Assembly: GCA_022562795.1 (NCBI GenBank)
Contig: JADFOP010000022.1
Span: 1 to 33,060 of the forward strand
Reading direction: 5' to 3'
Length of the DNA: 33,060 nucleotides
Source of the DNA: Nitrospinota bacterium
Lineage (GTDB): Bacteria; JADFOP01
The position numbers and the translations under genes are program-made. The notes beneath the pieces were generated by a model, which was given only the letters and a program-made list of their open reading frames with translations, was not told the origin of the DNA and did no database searches. Positions 1 to 9,570 of this stretch are shown in pieces (the stretch's first letter is position 1; each line of letters begins with the position of its first letter).

Positions 1-1
1 C

Positions 2-124
2 GTGGTGACAGACCACACGCTCTACGACTATAACTTCTTGGCCAAGCACGCCTCCCTGCTGGTCGATACACGTAACGCCACGCGGGACGTCCCCAAAGGG
101 GTTGGACGCGTGGTGAAGCTCTAA
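2..124 (+). CDS. 3' end of nucleotide-sugar dehydrogenase (UDP-GlcNAc/UDP-ManNAc 6-dehydrogenase, WbpA/TviB-like), partial
   Basis: Frame +2 translates VVTDHTLYDYNFLAKHASLLVDTRNATRDVPKGVGRVVKL*. TDH..(F/Y)DY and VDTRN are the typical C-terminal motifs of this family. Confidence 0.8.
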   Translation: MVTDHTLYDYNFLAKHASLLVDTRNATRDVPKGVGRVVKL

Positions 125-140
125 GAGGACGGCTCAACCC

Positions 141-1112
141 ATGGCATTTTACCTGGTAACGGGCGGTGCGGGCTTCATCGGCTCCCACGTGGTGGAGCGG
201 CTCTTAATGGATGGCCATAGGGTCCGGGTAGTGGACGATTTCAGCTCGGGCCGGAAGGAAAACCTGACCTTCGGCCCGCCCGTCGATACGTCCCGTCTTG
301 AAGTTATTGAAGGTGACTTGAGGGACCTTGATTTAATCTCTCGGGCCGCGGCAGGTGTGGAGGGGATTTTTCACCTCGGCGCCGTTCCCTCGGTGAACCG
401 ATCGGTCAAGGACCCGATTACGACGACGGAAGTCAACGTAATCGGCACCTTAAACGTATTGAAGGCGGCCAGCGATAATGGGGCTGGGCGGGTCGTTTTC
501 GCCTCATCCTCTTCGGTTTACGGCGGTAAGGCTGACGGCCGCCTCTTGACCGAGGAAGAAGTTGGCGTGCCGCTCTCTCCGTATGCCTTATCCAAGAAGG
601 CGGGAGAGGAATACATGCAGCTATTCAGTCATCTATATGACCTCAAGACTGTATGCATTCGTTATTTTAATGTTTTTGGACCCAGGCAAGACCCTCAAGG
701 CGAGTATGCAGCGGTAATCCCTCGATTTATAACCTTTGCCCTTCGGGGGGAGGCTCTCCCCATATATGGGGATGGGCGCCAGACGCGCGACTTTACCTAT
801 ATAGACAACGTTGTGGCGGGTACAACGCTGGCCATGCAGGCGCCAATAGAGGGAGGGGAAGTTATCAATGTGGCCGCCGGGACCCCATACAGCCTCCTCG
901 AGTTGGTGGAGGCCTTGGAAGGCGTCCTGGGCCGGAAGCTTGAGGTGGTCCATCTGCCGCCGCGCCCCGGTGATATACGTCACTCGGCAGCCAATATCGC
1001 CCTGAGCGGCGCTCGCCTGGGCTATAGCCCTACGGTATCGTTTGCCCAAGGACTTAAGGATACGGTTGAGGCATTTCGCACCACTTCCTCCAAGGCAGCT
1101 GCATCCACGTGA
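141..1112 (+). CDS. NAD-dependent epimerase/dehydratase (extended SDR, WbpP/GalE-like C4-epimerase)
   Basis: TGGAGFIG Rossmann motif, ASSSSVYG, catalytic YALSK, RYFNVFGPRQDP. SD GAGG upstream. Confidence 0.9.
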   Translation: MAFYLVTGGAGFIGSHVVERLLMDGHRVRVVDDFSSGRKENLTFGPPVDTSRLEVIEGDLRDLDLISRAAAGVEGIFHLGAVPSVNRSVKDPITTTEVNVIGTLNVLKAASDNGAGRVVFASSSSVYGGKADGRLLTEEEVGVPLSPYALSKKAGEEYMQLFSHLYDLKTVCIRYFNVFGPRQDPQGEYAAVIPRFITFALRGEALPIYGDGRQTRDFTYIDNVVAGTTLAMQAPIEGGEVINVAAGTPYSLLELVEALEGVLGRKLEVVHLPPRPGDIRHSAANIALSGARLGYSPTVSFAQGLKDTVEAFRTTSSKAAAST

Positions 1113-1173
1113 CGTACAGGGCCTAACAGGGCACTTGCGCTGAGCCGGGGAAAGTAGGAGCCAAGAAAACGTT

Positions 1174-2484
1174 ATGAACATTTGCGTTATAGGGCTCGGC
1201 TATGTGGGGTTGACGACGGGCGCCGTCTTTTCGGACCTCGGCAATGATGTCATTTGCGTGGATATCGATAAAGAGAAGGTAGATGCCCTTAAGAAGGGGA
1301 TCATGCCCATCTACGAGCCCGGCCTTAAGGAGATCCTCTTTCGAAACATCGAAGAAGGTCGCCTCAGCTTGACCACCGACACCGAGGATTCCGTACGGAG
1401 CTCTGAAATTATATTCATCTGCGTGGGCACCCCGCCCAAAGATACCGGTGAGACTGATCTCTCCCAGGTGGAGGCGGCCGCGATTTCCATTGCTAAGGGT
1501 CTCGACCAGTATAAAGTTATTGTGAACAAATCTACCGTGCCCGTTGGCACGGGAGACCTCGTCCGCCAGATTATCGATAAACACAAACTCCACGATGTGG
1601 AGTTTGATGTGGTCTCCAATCCTGAGTTTCTCCGGGAGGGCTCAGCCGTCCAGGACACGCTACAGCCCGACCGCATCATTATCGGTGCTCCGAGCAAGAA
1701 TGTGGCCATGAAGCTTCTCGAACTCTACGCTTCTCTGGAGCGCCCGATGCTGATCACCGACGTCCACTCGGCAGAGATTATCAAGTACGCCTCCAATGCC
1801 TTTCTGGCCATGAAGGTCTCCTTTATCAATGCGATTGCCGATGTGTGTGAGCGCGCCGAGGCCGATGTGACGGTCGTTGCGAAGGGGATGGGCTACGATC
1901 ACCGTATCGGGCGCGAATTTTTAAATGCCGGTCTTGGCTTCGGAGGGTCGTGCTTCCCGAAGGACATCGAAAGCCTGGTCCATACATCTGAAAAGCTCGG
2001 CTACGATTTTCGGCTCCTCAAGGAAGTCTTAGCCATAAATCTGGATCGAGTGCCGCAACTTATCGCCACGATGGAGGACGCTTTGGGGGGCCTGGCCGGG
2101 AAGACCATCGGGGTGTTGGGGCTGGCCTTTAAGCCCAACACAGACGATATGAGGGAGGCGAAGTCCATCGAGATTATCACCGAGCTTCTAGCTCGCGGGG
2201 CCGAACTGAAGGCCTACGATCCACAGTCCATGGAGAACGCCCGAAAGGCGTTGCCTCAGATTAAGTTATGCGCGAGCGCCTACGAGGTGGCCGAGGGGAC
2301 GGATGCCCTCGTCCTGGTGACGGAGTGGCGGGAGTTCAAGCTCCTCAACATGGAGAAGATTCGAGACGCGATGCGAGACCCCGTCCTGTTCGATGGGCGC
2401 AATTTCTACAACCCAGAGAAGAAAGCCCGGTTGGGCTTCACCTATTTCGGGGTTGGTCGAGGGGTGGACTTAGCACAGTGGTAG
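1174..2484 (+). CDS. ugd: UDP-glucose 6-dehydrogenase
   Basis: [68 protein letters not shown]. Confidence 0.95.
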   Translation: MNICVIGLGYVGLTTGAVFSDLGNDVICVDIDKEKVDALKKGIMPIYEPGLKEILFRNIEEGRLSLTTDTEDSVRSSEIIFICVGTPPKDTGETDLSQVEAAAISIAKGLDQYKVIVNKSTVPVGTGDLVRQIIDKHKLHDVEFDVVSNPEFLREGSAVQDTLQPDRIIIGAPSKNVAMKLLELYASLERPMLITDVHSAEIIKYASNAFLAMKVSFINAIADVCERAEADVTVVAKGMGYDHRIGREFLNAGLGFGGSCFPKDIESLVHTSEKLGYDFRLLKEVLAINLDRVPQLIATMEDALGGLAGKTIGVLGLAFKPNTDDMREAKSIEIITELLARGAELKAYDPQSMENARKALPQIKLCASAYEVAEGTDALVLVTEWREFKLLNMEKIRDAMRDPVLFDGRNFYNPEKKARLGFTYFGVGRGVDLAQW

Positions 2485-3443
2485 ATAGAGCGACCTCGAG
2501 GGACTCCCGTCCCCGAACCCTCATCACCGGAGGGGCGGGATTCATCGGCTCCCATCTCGTCGATTACCTCTTGGAGATGGGGCATGAGGTTATCTGCCTC
2601 GATAATCTCCTGACGGGGGACCTTGCCAATGTGAGTCACGTTGCCCCGCAAGAGCCCTTTCGCCTCATCGAGCACAACGTCAGCACCTACATCGACATCG
2701 ACGGGCCGGTTGACTACCTCCTTCACTTAGCCTCCCCCGCCAGCCCCATCGATTACCAGCGCTTTCCCATCCAGACCCTCAAGGTGGGATCTCTTGGGAC
2801 CCATCATGCCCTAGGTGTGGCCAAGGCCAAGGAGTCCACCTTCCTGCTGGCCTCCACCTCGGAGGTCTACGGCGACCCCAAGGCCCATCCTCAGCACGAG
2901 GACTATTGGGGCAACGTCAACCCCATCGGCCCTCGGGGCGTGTACGATGAGGCAAAGCGCTTCGCCGAGGCCATCACCATGGCGTATCATCGAGCCCATG
3001 GGATCGACACCAAAATCGCCCGCATTTTTAATACCTATGGGCCGCGCATGCGCCTCGACGACGGAAGGGCCGTCCCGACATTCATCGGCCAAGCGCTTCG
3101 GGGCGAGCCGCTCACGGTCTTCGGCGATGGAGCCCAGACGCGCAGTTTTTGCTATATTGACGACCTCGTGGAAGGCATCTGGAGGCTGCTGGTCTCGGAC
3201 TTCAACGAGCCGGTCAACCTGGGCAACCCCCAGGAGATTTCCATTTTGGAGCTTGCCAACATGGTGAACGACCTCAGCGGAGGCTCGAGCCCTATTGTCC
3301 GAAAGCCCCTGCCGGTGGATGATCCGAAGGTTCGCAGACCGGACATCACACGGGCTAAGACCCTTTTGGACTGGAAACCTCAGGTCGACATTGAAGAGGG
3401 CTTGAAGAGGACGATTCACTTCTATAAGGAACAGATGGGCTGA
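2478..3443 (+). CDS. UDP-glucuronate decarboxylase (UDP-xylose synthase-like SDR)
   Basis: [63 protein letters not shown]. Start set at GTG 2478, overlapping the ugd stop, rather than the ORF-track 2268. Confidence 0.9.
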   Translation: MVDRATSRDSRPRTLITGGAGFIGSHLVDYLLEMGHEVICLDNLLTGDLANVSHVAPQEPFRLIEHNVSTYIDIDGPVDYLLHLASPASPIDYQRFPIQTLKVGSLGTHHALGVAKAKESTFLLASTSEVYGDPKAHPQHEDYWGNVNPIGPRGVYDEAKRFAEAITMAYHRAHGIDTKIARIFNTYGPRMRLDDGRAVPTFIGQALRGEPLTVFGDGAQTRSFCYIDDLVEGIWRLLVSDFNEPVNLGNPQEISILELANMVNDLSGGSSPIVRKPLPVDDPKVRRPDITRAKTLLDWKPQVDIEEGLKRTIHFYKEQMG

Positions 3444-3444
3444 C

Positions 3445-4050
3445 ATGACCCGTAAACGCATTGTCGATCATCTTGCAGAGAGCAGCCGCCTGAAGCTGGA
3501 CTGCGCCGAGCAGCTTCCGGGGGCCATCGAGCAGGCCTTCGACCTGATGTGGGGCGCCCTGGCCGGCGGGGGGAAGATACTTCTTTGCGGCAATGGAGGA
3601 AGCGCAGCCGATGCCCAACACATCGCCGCTGAGCTGGTTGGCCGGTTCGACCGTCCCAGGCTTGCCGCGGCCGCCCTCGCCCTGACGACCGATACTTCTA
3701 TTCTGACGGCTGTGGGCAACGATTTAGGCTTCGAAGAGATTTTTGCCAGGCAGGTGGAGGCCCTTGGAAGCCCCGGCGACTGCCTCATTGGAATCTCTAC
3801 GAGCGGGGAGTCGCTTAACGTCCAACGGGCAATGGAGAGGGCCCGCAGCAGAGGGGTTTCCACGGTTGGCCTTCTGGGAATGGGGGGCGGGTCGTTGAAG
3901 AGCCTCTCCGACGCCGTTGTAGTCGTCCCTTCTCAAAGCGTTCCGCGTATTCAAGAAGCGCACATTACGATTGGGCATATCTGGTGCGACCTGATCGATG
4001 AGAGGCTCGCAGCTCAAGCCGCCGAGGAGAAGGCAACGCAAGGAGGGTGA
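3445..4050 (+). CDS. gmhA: D-sedoheptulose 7-phosphate isomerase
   Basis: CGNGGSAADAQHIAAELVGRF, TAVGND.GFEEIFARQVEALG, GISTSG.S, RIQEAHI..GH. Confidence 0.96.
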   Translation: MTRKRIVDHLAESSRLKLDCAEQLPGAIEQAFDLMWGALAGGGKILLCGNGGSAADAQHIAAELVGRFDRPRLAAAALALTTDTSILTAVGNDLGFEEIFARQVEALGSPGDCLIGISTSGESLNVQRAMERARSRGVSTVGLLGMGGGSLKSLSDAVVVVPSQSVPRIQEAHITIGHIWCDLIDERLAAQAAEEKATQGG

Positions 4051-5540
4051 GAGGCCGCGTGAACGAGGTATTTAAAAAGGTCCTAAAGCGGGCCGAGGGA
4101 ATGAAGACGCTCGTAGTTGGAGATTTAATCTACGACGAGTTCGTCTGGGGGCGGGTCAGTAAAATCTCCCCCGAGGCCCCCGTGCAGGTCCTCGATTGGC
4201 AGTCAAGCCATACGGCTCCCGGAGGCGCTGCGAATGTGGCATACAACCTGGCGACGATGGGCGTTGAGGTTACCTTGATAGGGGTTGTAGGACAAGACGA
4301 CCAAGGCCTGGCGCTCAAGAATACTCTTCGGTCAGCGGGCGTCGATACGCTCGGGGTCATCGCCGATCCGAACAGGCCCACGAGCCACAAGGTTCGCTTC
4401 ATAGCCCACGCCCAGCAAATCCTTCGGATGGATCGCGAAGAGCGTTTAGACGTCGATCGTACCCTGGCCGAGCTCATCGGGCGAGCCATTAGAGAGGCTG
4501 TTCCGCAAGTCGACGGCATCATCATGTCGGATTACCTCAAGGGCGTCTTGACCGATGGTCTCATACAGCTAACCATTTCCGAGGCCCAAAGCCACGGAAA
4601 GCGCGTAATCGTGGACCCCAAGGGCCGTCGCTACGAGCGCTATCGCGGCAGTCACATTATCACTCCTAATTTTCAGGAAGTAGAGGAAGCCACGGGTGTT
4701 GAGCTCAAGGGCGAAGAAGACTTGCTCCGGGCTGCCGCAATCATTTTTGAGCAAGTGGACTGCGAGAGCATTTTGGTCACGAGGGGACGGGAGGGAATGA
4801 GTCTTTTTAGCGCCGACGGCTCCTCGGTACAAATTCCCACCCAGGCGAGGGAAGTGTTCGACGTTACTGGGGCCGGTGACACTGCCGTAGCGGTCTTCAG
4901 CCTCGGGGCCTTCGCCGATGCTTCCTTGGAAGAGGCTGCCAGGCTCGCCAACATCGGGGCGGGCATCGTCGTGGGGAAGGTGGGGACGTCCGTGGCCACG
5001 AAAGAAGAAATTATTGGATACTTGGAGGAGGGCCAATTTCACTCCGCGCGGAAGATTGTCTCATTGGATGAAGCCTCTAAACTGGTTCGGCTCGCCCGCG
5101 GGCGGAACAAGGCGATCGTCTTTACCAACGGGTGCTTCGATCTCCTCCATGCCGGTCATATCATGATGCTCAATAAGGCCCGAAGCCTGGGTGACCTGCT
5201 GGTGCTCGGACTCAATAGTGATGAGAGCGTCAGCAACCTCAAGGGTCCGGAGCGACCGATTATAGGGCAGGGCGATAGAGCAAAAATAATGGCGAGCCTC
5301 GACTGCGTTGACAGCGTGATCATTTTCGACGAGCCGACTCCGGAGCGGCTTATCGAGGAGTTGATGCCTGATGTTTTGGTCAAAGGTGGAGATTACACCC
5401 TCGAGGAAGTCGTGGGCCGCGAGATAGTGGAGGCGGGCGGAGGCCGGGTCGAGCTGGTGCCTCTAGTCGAGGGCTGGTCGACGAGCGACATCGTCCAGCG
5501 GATCGCGGAGAGATACAACTTAACCGGGTTAGATCGGTGA
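4047..5540 (+). CDS. hldE: Bifunctional heptose 7-phosphate kinase / heptose 1-phosphate adenylyltransferase
   Basis: PfkB domain (ISPEAPV, GGAANVA, SDY.KG, DVTGAGDT) plus cytidylyltransferase-like domain (FTNGCFDLLHAGH, GLNSDESV..LKG.ERP, VKGGDY). The exact start is uncertain (GTG 4047 or 4059). Confidence 0.96.
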   Translation: MRGRVNEVFKKVLKRAEGMKTLVVGDLIYDEFVWGRVSKISPEAPVQVLDWQSSHTAPGGAANVAYNLATMGVEVTLIGVVGQDDQGLALKNTLRSAGVDTLGVIADPNRPTSHKVRFIAHAQQILRMDREERLDVDRTLAELIGRAIREAVPQVDGIIMSDYLKGVLTDGLIQLTISEAQSHGKRVIVDPKGRRYERYRGSHIITPNFQEVEEATGVELKGEEDLLRAAAIIFEQVDCESILVTRGREGMSLFSADGSSVQIPTQAREVFDVTGAGDTAVAVFSLGAFADASLEEAARLANIGAGIVVGKVGTSVATKEEIIGYLEEGQFHSARKIVSLDEASKLVRLARGRNKAIVFTNGCFDLLHAGHIMMLNKARSLGDLLVLGLNSDESVSNLKGPERPIIGQGDRAKIMASLDCVDSVIIFDEPTPERLIEELMPDVLVKGGDYTLEEVVGREIVEAGGGRVELVPLVEGWSTSDIVQRIAERYNLTGLDR

Positions 5541-5546
5541 ATCAGA

Positions 5547-6509
5547 ATGACTGACCGCTATCGGCTTAAGAAACTCGCCTTTGACCAGGTCAGCACATAT
5601 TCCCTGAAGGGACGGCGCCACAAGGTCTCCAGTGAGGCATTCGCCGATCCCCGGCGCTGGGAAGAGGCGCGCGATGTCGTGGCTATTCTGCCCGATATCC
5701 TTAAAGCAGCTGACTTGAAGGCCGTGGTGGAAGCGATACTCGCCGCCCGGTCAAATGACAAACCGGTCATTTTGGGGGTCGGGGCCCACGTCATCAAGGT
5801 TGGATGCTCACCGCTGATCCTCGATTTGATGGAGCGGGGCGTCATCACGGGTCTTACCATGCACGGGGCCGGGCTCGTGCATGATGTGGAGCTGGCCTTG
5901 ATGGGGGCGACCAGCGAGGATGTGGAGGCGGAGATCGGCTCCGGCCGTTTCGGTATGGCTGAGGAGACGGCGGCGACGATCAATGGGGCTCTCGCCCGAT
6001 ACGTTCCCAAAGGGTTGGGCGTTGGAGAGGCGGTTGGCCGCGACCTTGTGGAGGGCAAGCACCCGTATGTCGACCTAAGCCTGCTCGCAGGTGGTTATGC
6101 CCAGGTCTTGCCCGTGACGGTTCACGTAGCCCTGGGGACCGACGTCATCCACATGCATCCTTCGACAGACGGGGCGCTTGTAGGAGAGGGGACCTACCGG
6201 GACTTTCAGCGCTTCTGCGCAATGGTCAGCGAGATGGGCGACGGTGGGGTCTACATCAACATCGGCTCGGCCGTCCTGCTGCCCGAGATATTTTTAAAGG
6301 CCCTCTCGCTCGTCCGCAACCTGGGCCACGACGTCCGCGACTTCACCACCGTTGATTTCGACATGATCCGCCACTACCGGCCGTCGGTCAACGTCGTCGC
6401 CAGGCCGACCCTAGAGTCGGGGGCAGGCTACTCGATTACCGGTCACCACGAGCTGCTTCTGCCCCTCCTATATCACATGCTCAGAAGCCGCCTGGAGCAA
6501 GCGCCGTGA
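5547..6509 (+). CDS. Conserved hypothetical protein, deoxyhypusine-synthase-like fold (resembles the GSU2086-type family found beside gmhA/hldE)
   Basis: 320-aa ORF tightly coupled to hldE and purB. Motifs GAHVIKVG, HGAGLVHD.E.A..G.TSEDV, GTD.IHMH, NIGSAV.LPEIFLKAL, TGHHELLLPLL. The family call is from recall, not from a search. Confidence 0.7.
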   Translation: MTDRYRLKKLAFDQVSTYSLKGRRHKVSSEAFADPRRWEEARDVVAILPDILKAADLKAVVEAILAARSNDKPVILGVGAHVIKVGCSPLILDLMERGVITGLTMHGAGLVHDVELALMGATSEDVEAEIGSGRFGMAEETAATINGALARYVPKGLGVGEAVGRDLVEGKHPYVDLSLLAGGYAQVLPVTVHVALGTDVIHMHPSTDGALVGEGTYRDFQRFCAMVSEMGDGGVYINIGSAVLLPEIFLKALSLVRNLGHDVRDFTTVDFDMIRHYRPSVNVVARPTLESGAGYSITGHHELLLPLLYHMLRSRLEQAP

Positions 6510-7804
6510 TTTCTCGCTACACTCGGCCCGCCATGGGGGAGCTATGGGCCCCCCAGAAGAAGTTCGAGCTCTGGCTGGAGATAGAGCTGCTCGCCTGTGA
6601 GGCGATGGCCGGGTTGGACCTGGTTCCGAAGGATGCCGCCCAGCGCCTTCGGGCAAAAGCGAGCTTCGATATCGGACGGATCGAAGCCATCGAGGCCGAG
6701 GTGCACCACGATGTCGTCGCCTTCATCACCGCGGTGGGGGAGACCGTCGGAGAGGACGCGCGCTGGCTCCATCTAGGCCTCACATCCTCAGATATATTGG
6801 ACACCTCTCTGGCCGTCCTGCTCAAGGAGGCTTCTCAGCTCATTCTGGCAGGCCTTGAGGAGTTCCTGGCAGTCCTCAAGCGGCGGGCCTATGAGTTCCA
6901 AGATGTACCCATGGTGGGGCGCACTCACGGCGTCCATGCCGAACCGACGACCTTCGGGTTGAAACTCGCTATCTGGTGGGACGAGATACGACGGCGCCGG
7001 GACCGGCTCGAGAGCGCCGCCGAGGGTGTGGCGGTAGGAAAGCTCTCAGGGGCTGTAGGCACATTCGCCCACTGCCCACCTGAGGTTGAGGCCCATGTAT
7101 GCGACCGGCTAGGCATAAAGCCCGCACCGGCCTCGAGCCAGGTAGTGCAGAGGGACCGACACGCCGATTTCCACGCCGCGCTTTCTTTGCTCGCTACGAG
7201 CATCGAGAAGATCGCCTTGGAAGTTCGCCACCTCCAGCGGACCGAAGTGCTTGAAGTGGAGGAGTACTTTTCTCCTGGCCAGAAAGGCTCTTCGGCCATG
7301 CCCCACAAGCGCAACCCAATAATCGCCGAGCGGTTGTGCGGCCTTTCCCGCGTGATACGGGGCAATCTCCACGCGGCGCTTGAGAACGTGCCGCTCTGGC
7401 ACGAGCGCGATATCACTCACTCCTCGGCCGAGCGCATCATTATGCCCGACAGCACGATTCTCGCTGACTACATGGTGGCCAAAGCCACAGACCTTATCGA
7501 TCGCCTTATCGTCTACCCCGACCGCATGCGGGAGAACCTGGGGCGGACGAAGGGCCTGCTCGCCTCCCAAAGCCTCCTGGTTGCTTTGGCTCAGGCGGGC
7601 CTCGAACGTGGGGAGGCCTATAGCCTCGTCCAGGACCACGCGATGCGGGCGTGGCGAGGGGAGGTCGAATTCAAGGAGGCCGTAATGGCCGACCCAGCCG
7701 TAACGAAGCACCTGAGCCGGGAGGTCGTCGAAAGGTGTTTCGATCCAGCCTTCCTTCTTCGCAACGTTAAAGCAATTTTCGAGCGCGTTTTCACCCAGGA
7801 CTAG
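6506..7804 (+). CDS. purB: Adenylosuccinate lyase
   Basis: MISRYTRPAM, HHDVVAF, HLGLTSSD, GRTHGVHAEPTTFG, signature GSSAMPHKRNP. Confidence 0.98.
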   Translation: MISRYTRPAMGELWAPQKKFELWLEIELLACEAMAGLDLVPKDAAQRLRAKASFDIGRIEAIEAEVHHDVVAFITAVGETVGEDARWLHLGLTSSDILDTSLAVLLKEASQLILAGLEEFLAVLKRRAYEFQDVPMVGRTHGVHAEPTTFGLKLAIWWDEIRRRRDRLESAAEGVAVGKLSGAVGTFAHCPPEVEAHVCDRLGIKPAPASSQVVQRDRHADFHAALSLLATSIEKIALEVRHLQRTEVLEVEEYFSPGQKGSSAMPHKRNPIIAERLCGLSRVIRGNLHAALENVPLWHERDITHSSAERIIMPDSTILADYMVAKATDLIDRLIVYPDRMRENLGRTKGLLASQSLLVALAQAGLERGEAYSLVQDHAMRAWRGEVEFKEAVMADPAVTKHLSREVVERCFDPAFLLRNVKAIFERVFTQD

Positions 7805-7825
7805 CGCTACAGGGATTAGCCGTTT

Positions 7826-8533
7826 ATGGAGCCGAGGCGGCCCGTTTACGAAGGTAAAGCAAAGATAGTCTATGATACTGACGAGCCGGGCCTCCTCATC
7901 CAGCACTTTAAAGACAGCGCGACGGCCTTTGACGGCCAAAAACAAGGTGTTATCGCCAACAAAGGGGTCTTCAACTGCGCCATCTCGTCTGTCGTCTTTC
8001 AATACCTGGAGAAGAACGGTGTCGCGACCCACTTCGTTGAGAAGCTCTCAGAGCGAGATATGCTCATCAAGCGGCTGGATATTATCCCTGTGGAGGTGAT
8101 CGTTAGGAACCTCATCGCTGGAAGCCTGGCCGTACGCACCGGCCGCGAGGAAGGCGAGCCGTTACAATTCCCCATCATCGAATATTATCTAAAGAGCGAT
8201 GAATTGGGGGACCCCATGATCAATGAATGGCACATCCGGGTTTTTGAGTGGGCGAGCGATGAGGAGATGAGCTTTATCAACGATACGGCGTTTAGAATCA
8301 ACGACCTCCTCGTGCCCTACTTCGAGGGACGGGGAATTATTTTGGCCGACTACAAGCTGGAGTTCGGACGTCATTCGGAAGGGGTGCTCCTCGGCGATGA
8401 AATCTCTCCCGATGGATGCCGCCTCTGGGATAAAGCAACGGGAGAGAAGCTCGATAAGGATCGGTTCCGACGCGATTTGGGCCGAGTAGAGGAGTCCTAC
8501 GAGGAGGTCTGGCGTCGTATCTGTCAAACATAG
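7826..8533 (+). CDS. purC: SAICAR synthetase
   Basis: YEGKAK, FKDSATAF, IPVEVIVRN..AGS, DYKLEFG, DEISPD.CRLWD, LDKDRFRRDLG. Confidence 0.98.
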   Translation: MEPRRPVYEGKAKIVYDTDEPGLLIQHFKDSATAFDGQKQGVIANKGVFNCAISSVVFQYLEKNGVATHFVEKLSERDMLIKRLDIIPVEVIVRNLIAGSLAVRTGREEGEPLQFPIIEYYLKSDELGDPMINEWHIRVFEWASDEEMSFINDTAFRINDLLVPYFEGRGIILADYKLEFGRHSEGVLLGDEISPDGCRLWDKATGEKLDKDRFRRDLGRVEESYEEVWRRICQT

Positions 8534-8547
8534 GCGGGAGGTACGGA

Positions 8548-8790
8548 TTGCCTATCGCGAAGGTTTATGTGACGCTTAAAAAAGGTGTCCTCGACCCTCA
8601 GGGCCAAACCGTCCAGAGCGCGTTGGAAACCCTTGGGTATGAAGTTGAGGAAGTCCGCATGGGCAAATACCTGGAGCTGACCCTCGCCGATGCGCCCCCA
8701 GAAGAGCTGGAGGCGTATGTCATGGAGATGTGCGAGAAGCTCCTTGCCAATCCCGTGATTGAAGATTATACATTTCAGATAGATTCTTAG
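8548..8790 (+). CDS. purS: FGAM synthase subunit PurS
   Basis: V.V.LK.GVLDPQG, VRMGKY, MCEKLLANPVIEDY. TTG start with SD GGAGG. Confidence 0.96.
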   Translation: MPIAKVYVTLKKGVLDPQGQTVQSALETLGYEVEEVRMGKYLELTLADAPPEELEAYVMEMCEKLLANPVIEDYTFQIDS

Positions 8791-8831
8791 ATAATAAGTC
8801 CTATTTATTTGTATAGTATGGAGATATTACC

Positions 8832-9536
8832 ATGAAATTCGGCGTGCTGGTTATGCCGGGAAGCAACAACGATCATGACTGTCACCGGGTGGTGAAGGAT
8901 GTCCTTGAAGAGCCCGTCGAGTATGTCTGGCATGAGGATGTAGATGTCGATGGGCTTGATGCCCTGATTCTCCCTGGAGGCTTTTCCTACGGAGACTACC
9001 TTAGGGTTGGCGCAATCGCTCGCTTCAGCCCCGTTATGGATTCCATAAAGCGATTCGCCGAGGAAGGGGGCCTCGTGCTCGGCATTTGCAACGGTTTCCA
9101 GATTCTTCTCGAACTTGGTTTACTGCCGGGCGCGATGCTACGGAACCGCAGCCTGAAGTTCATCTGCAAATACCTCAGCGTCAGGGTCGAGACAAACGAC
9201 ACTCCCTTTACAAATCAATGTGTTGAAGGTGAAATCTTAAGAATGCCTATAGCCCATAACGAAGGGGCTTATTTTGCCGATCAGGAATTGCTTGCGGAGT
9301 TGAACGAGAGACGCCAAGTGGTCTTGCGGTATTGCGACGCTGACGGGGAGGTCTCAGAGGAGGACAACCCCAACGGGGCGCTCGAAAACATCGCCGGGAT
9401 CGTGAATACTCGGGGAAACGTCCTTGGGATGATGCCCCATCCCGAACGATCATCCGAGGAGCTCTTGGGGAGCTCCGACGGGCAAAAAATCTTCCGTTCA
9501 ATGCTTTCCTACGCGAAGGCGGCAACGGTCTCGTGA
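8832..9536 (+). CDS. purQ: FGAM synthase glutaminase subunit
   Basis: [21 protein letters not shown] (catalytic Cys), GMMPHPER (His-Glu). Confidence 0.97.
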   Translation: MKFGVLVMPGSNNDHDCHRVVKDVLEEPVEYVWHEDVDVDGLDALILPGGFSYGDYLRVGAIARFSPVMDSIKRFAEEGGLVLGICNGFQILLELGLLPGAMLRNRSLKFICKYLSVRVETNDTPFTNQCVEGEILRMPIAHNEGAYFADQELLAELNERRQVVLRYCDADGEVSEEDNPNGALENIAGIVNTRGNVLGMMPHPERSSEELLGSSDGQKIFRSMLSYAKAATVS

Positions 9537-9570
9537 ATTTCGCCGCCCACAGACCTAATCGATAAGCTCC

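Noticed and set aside
2268-2477. Long N-terminal extension of the UXS-like SDR
   Set aside because: It lies within ugd in another frame. GTG 2478 gives a normal-length protein.
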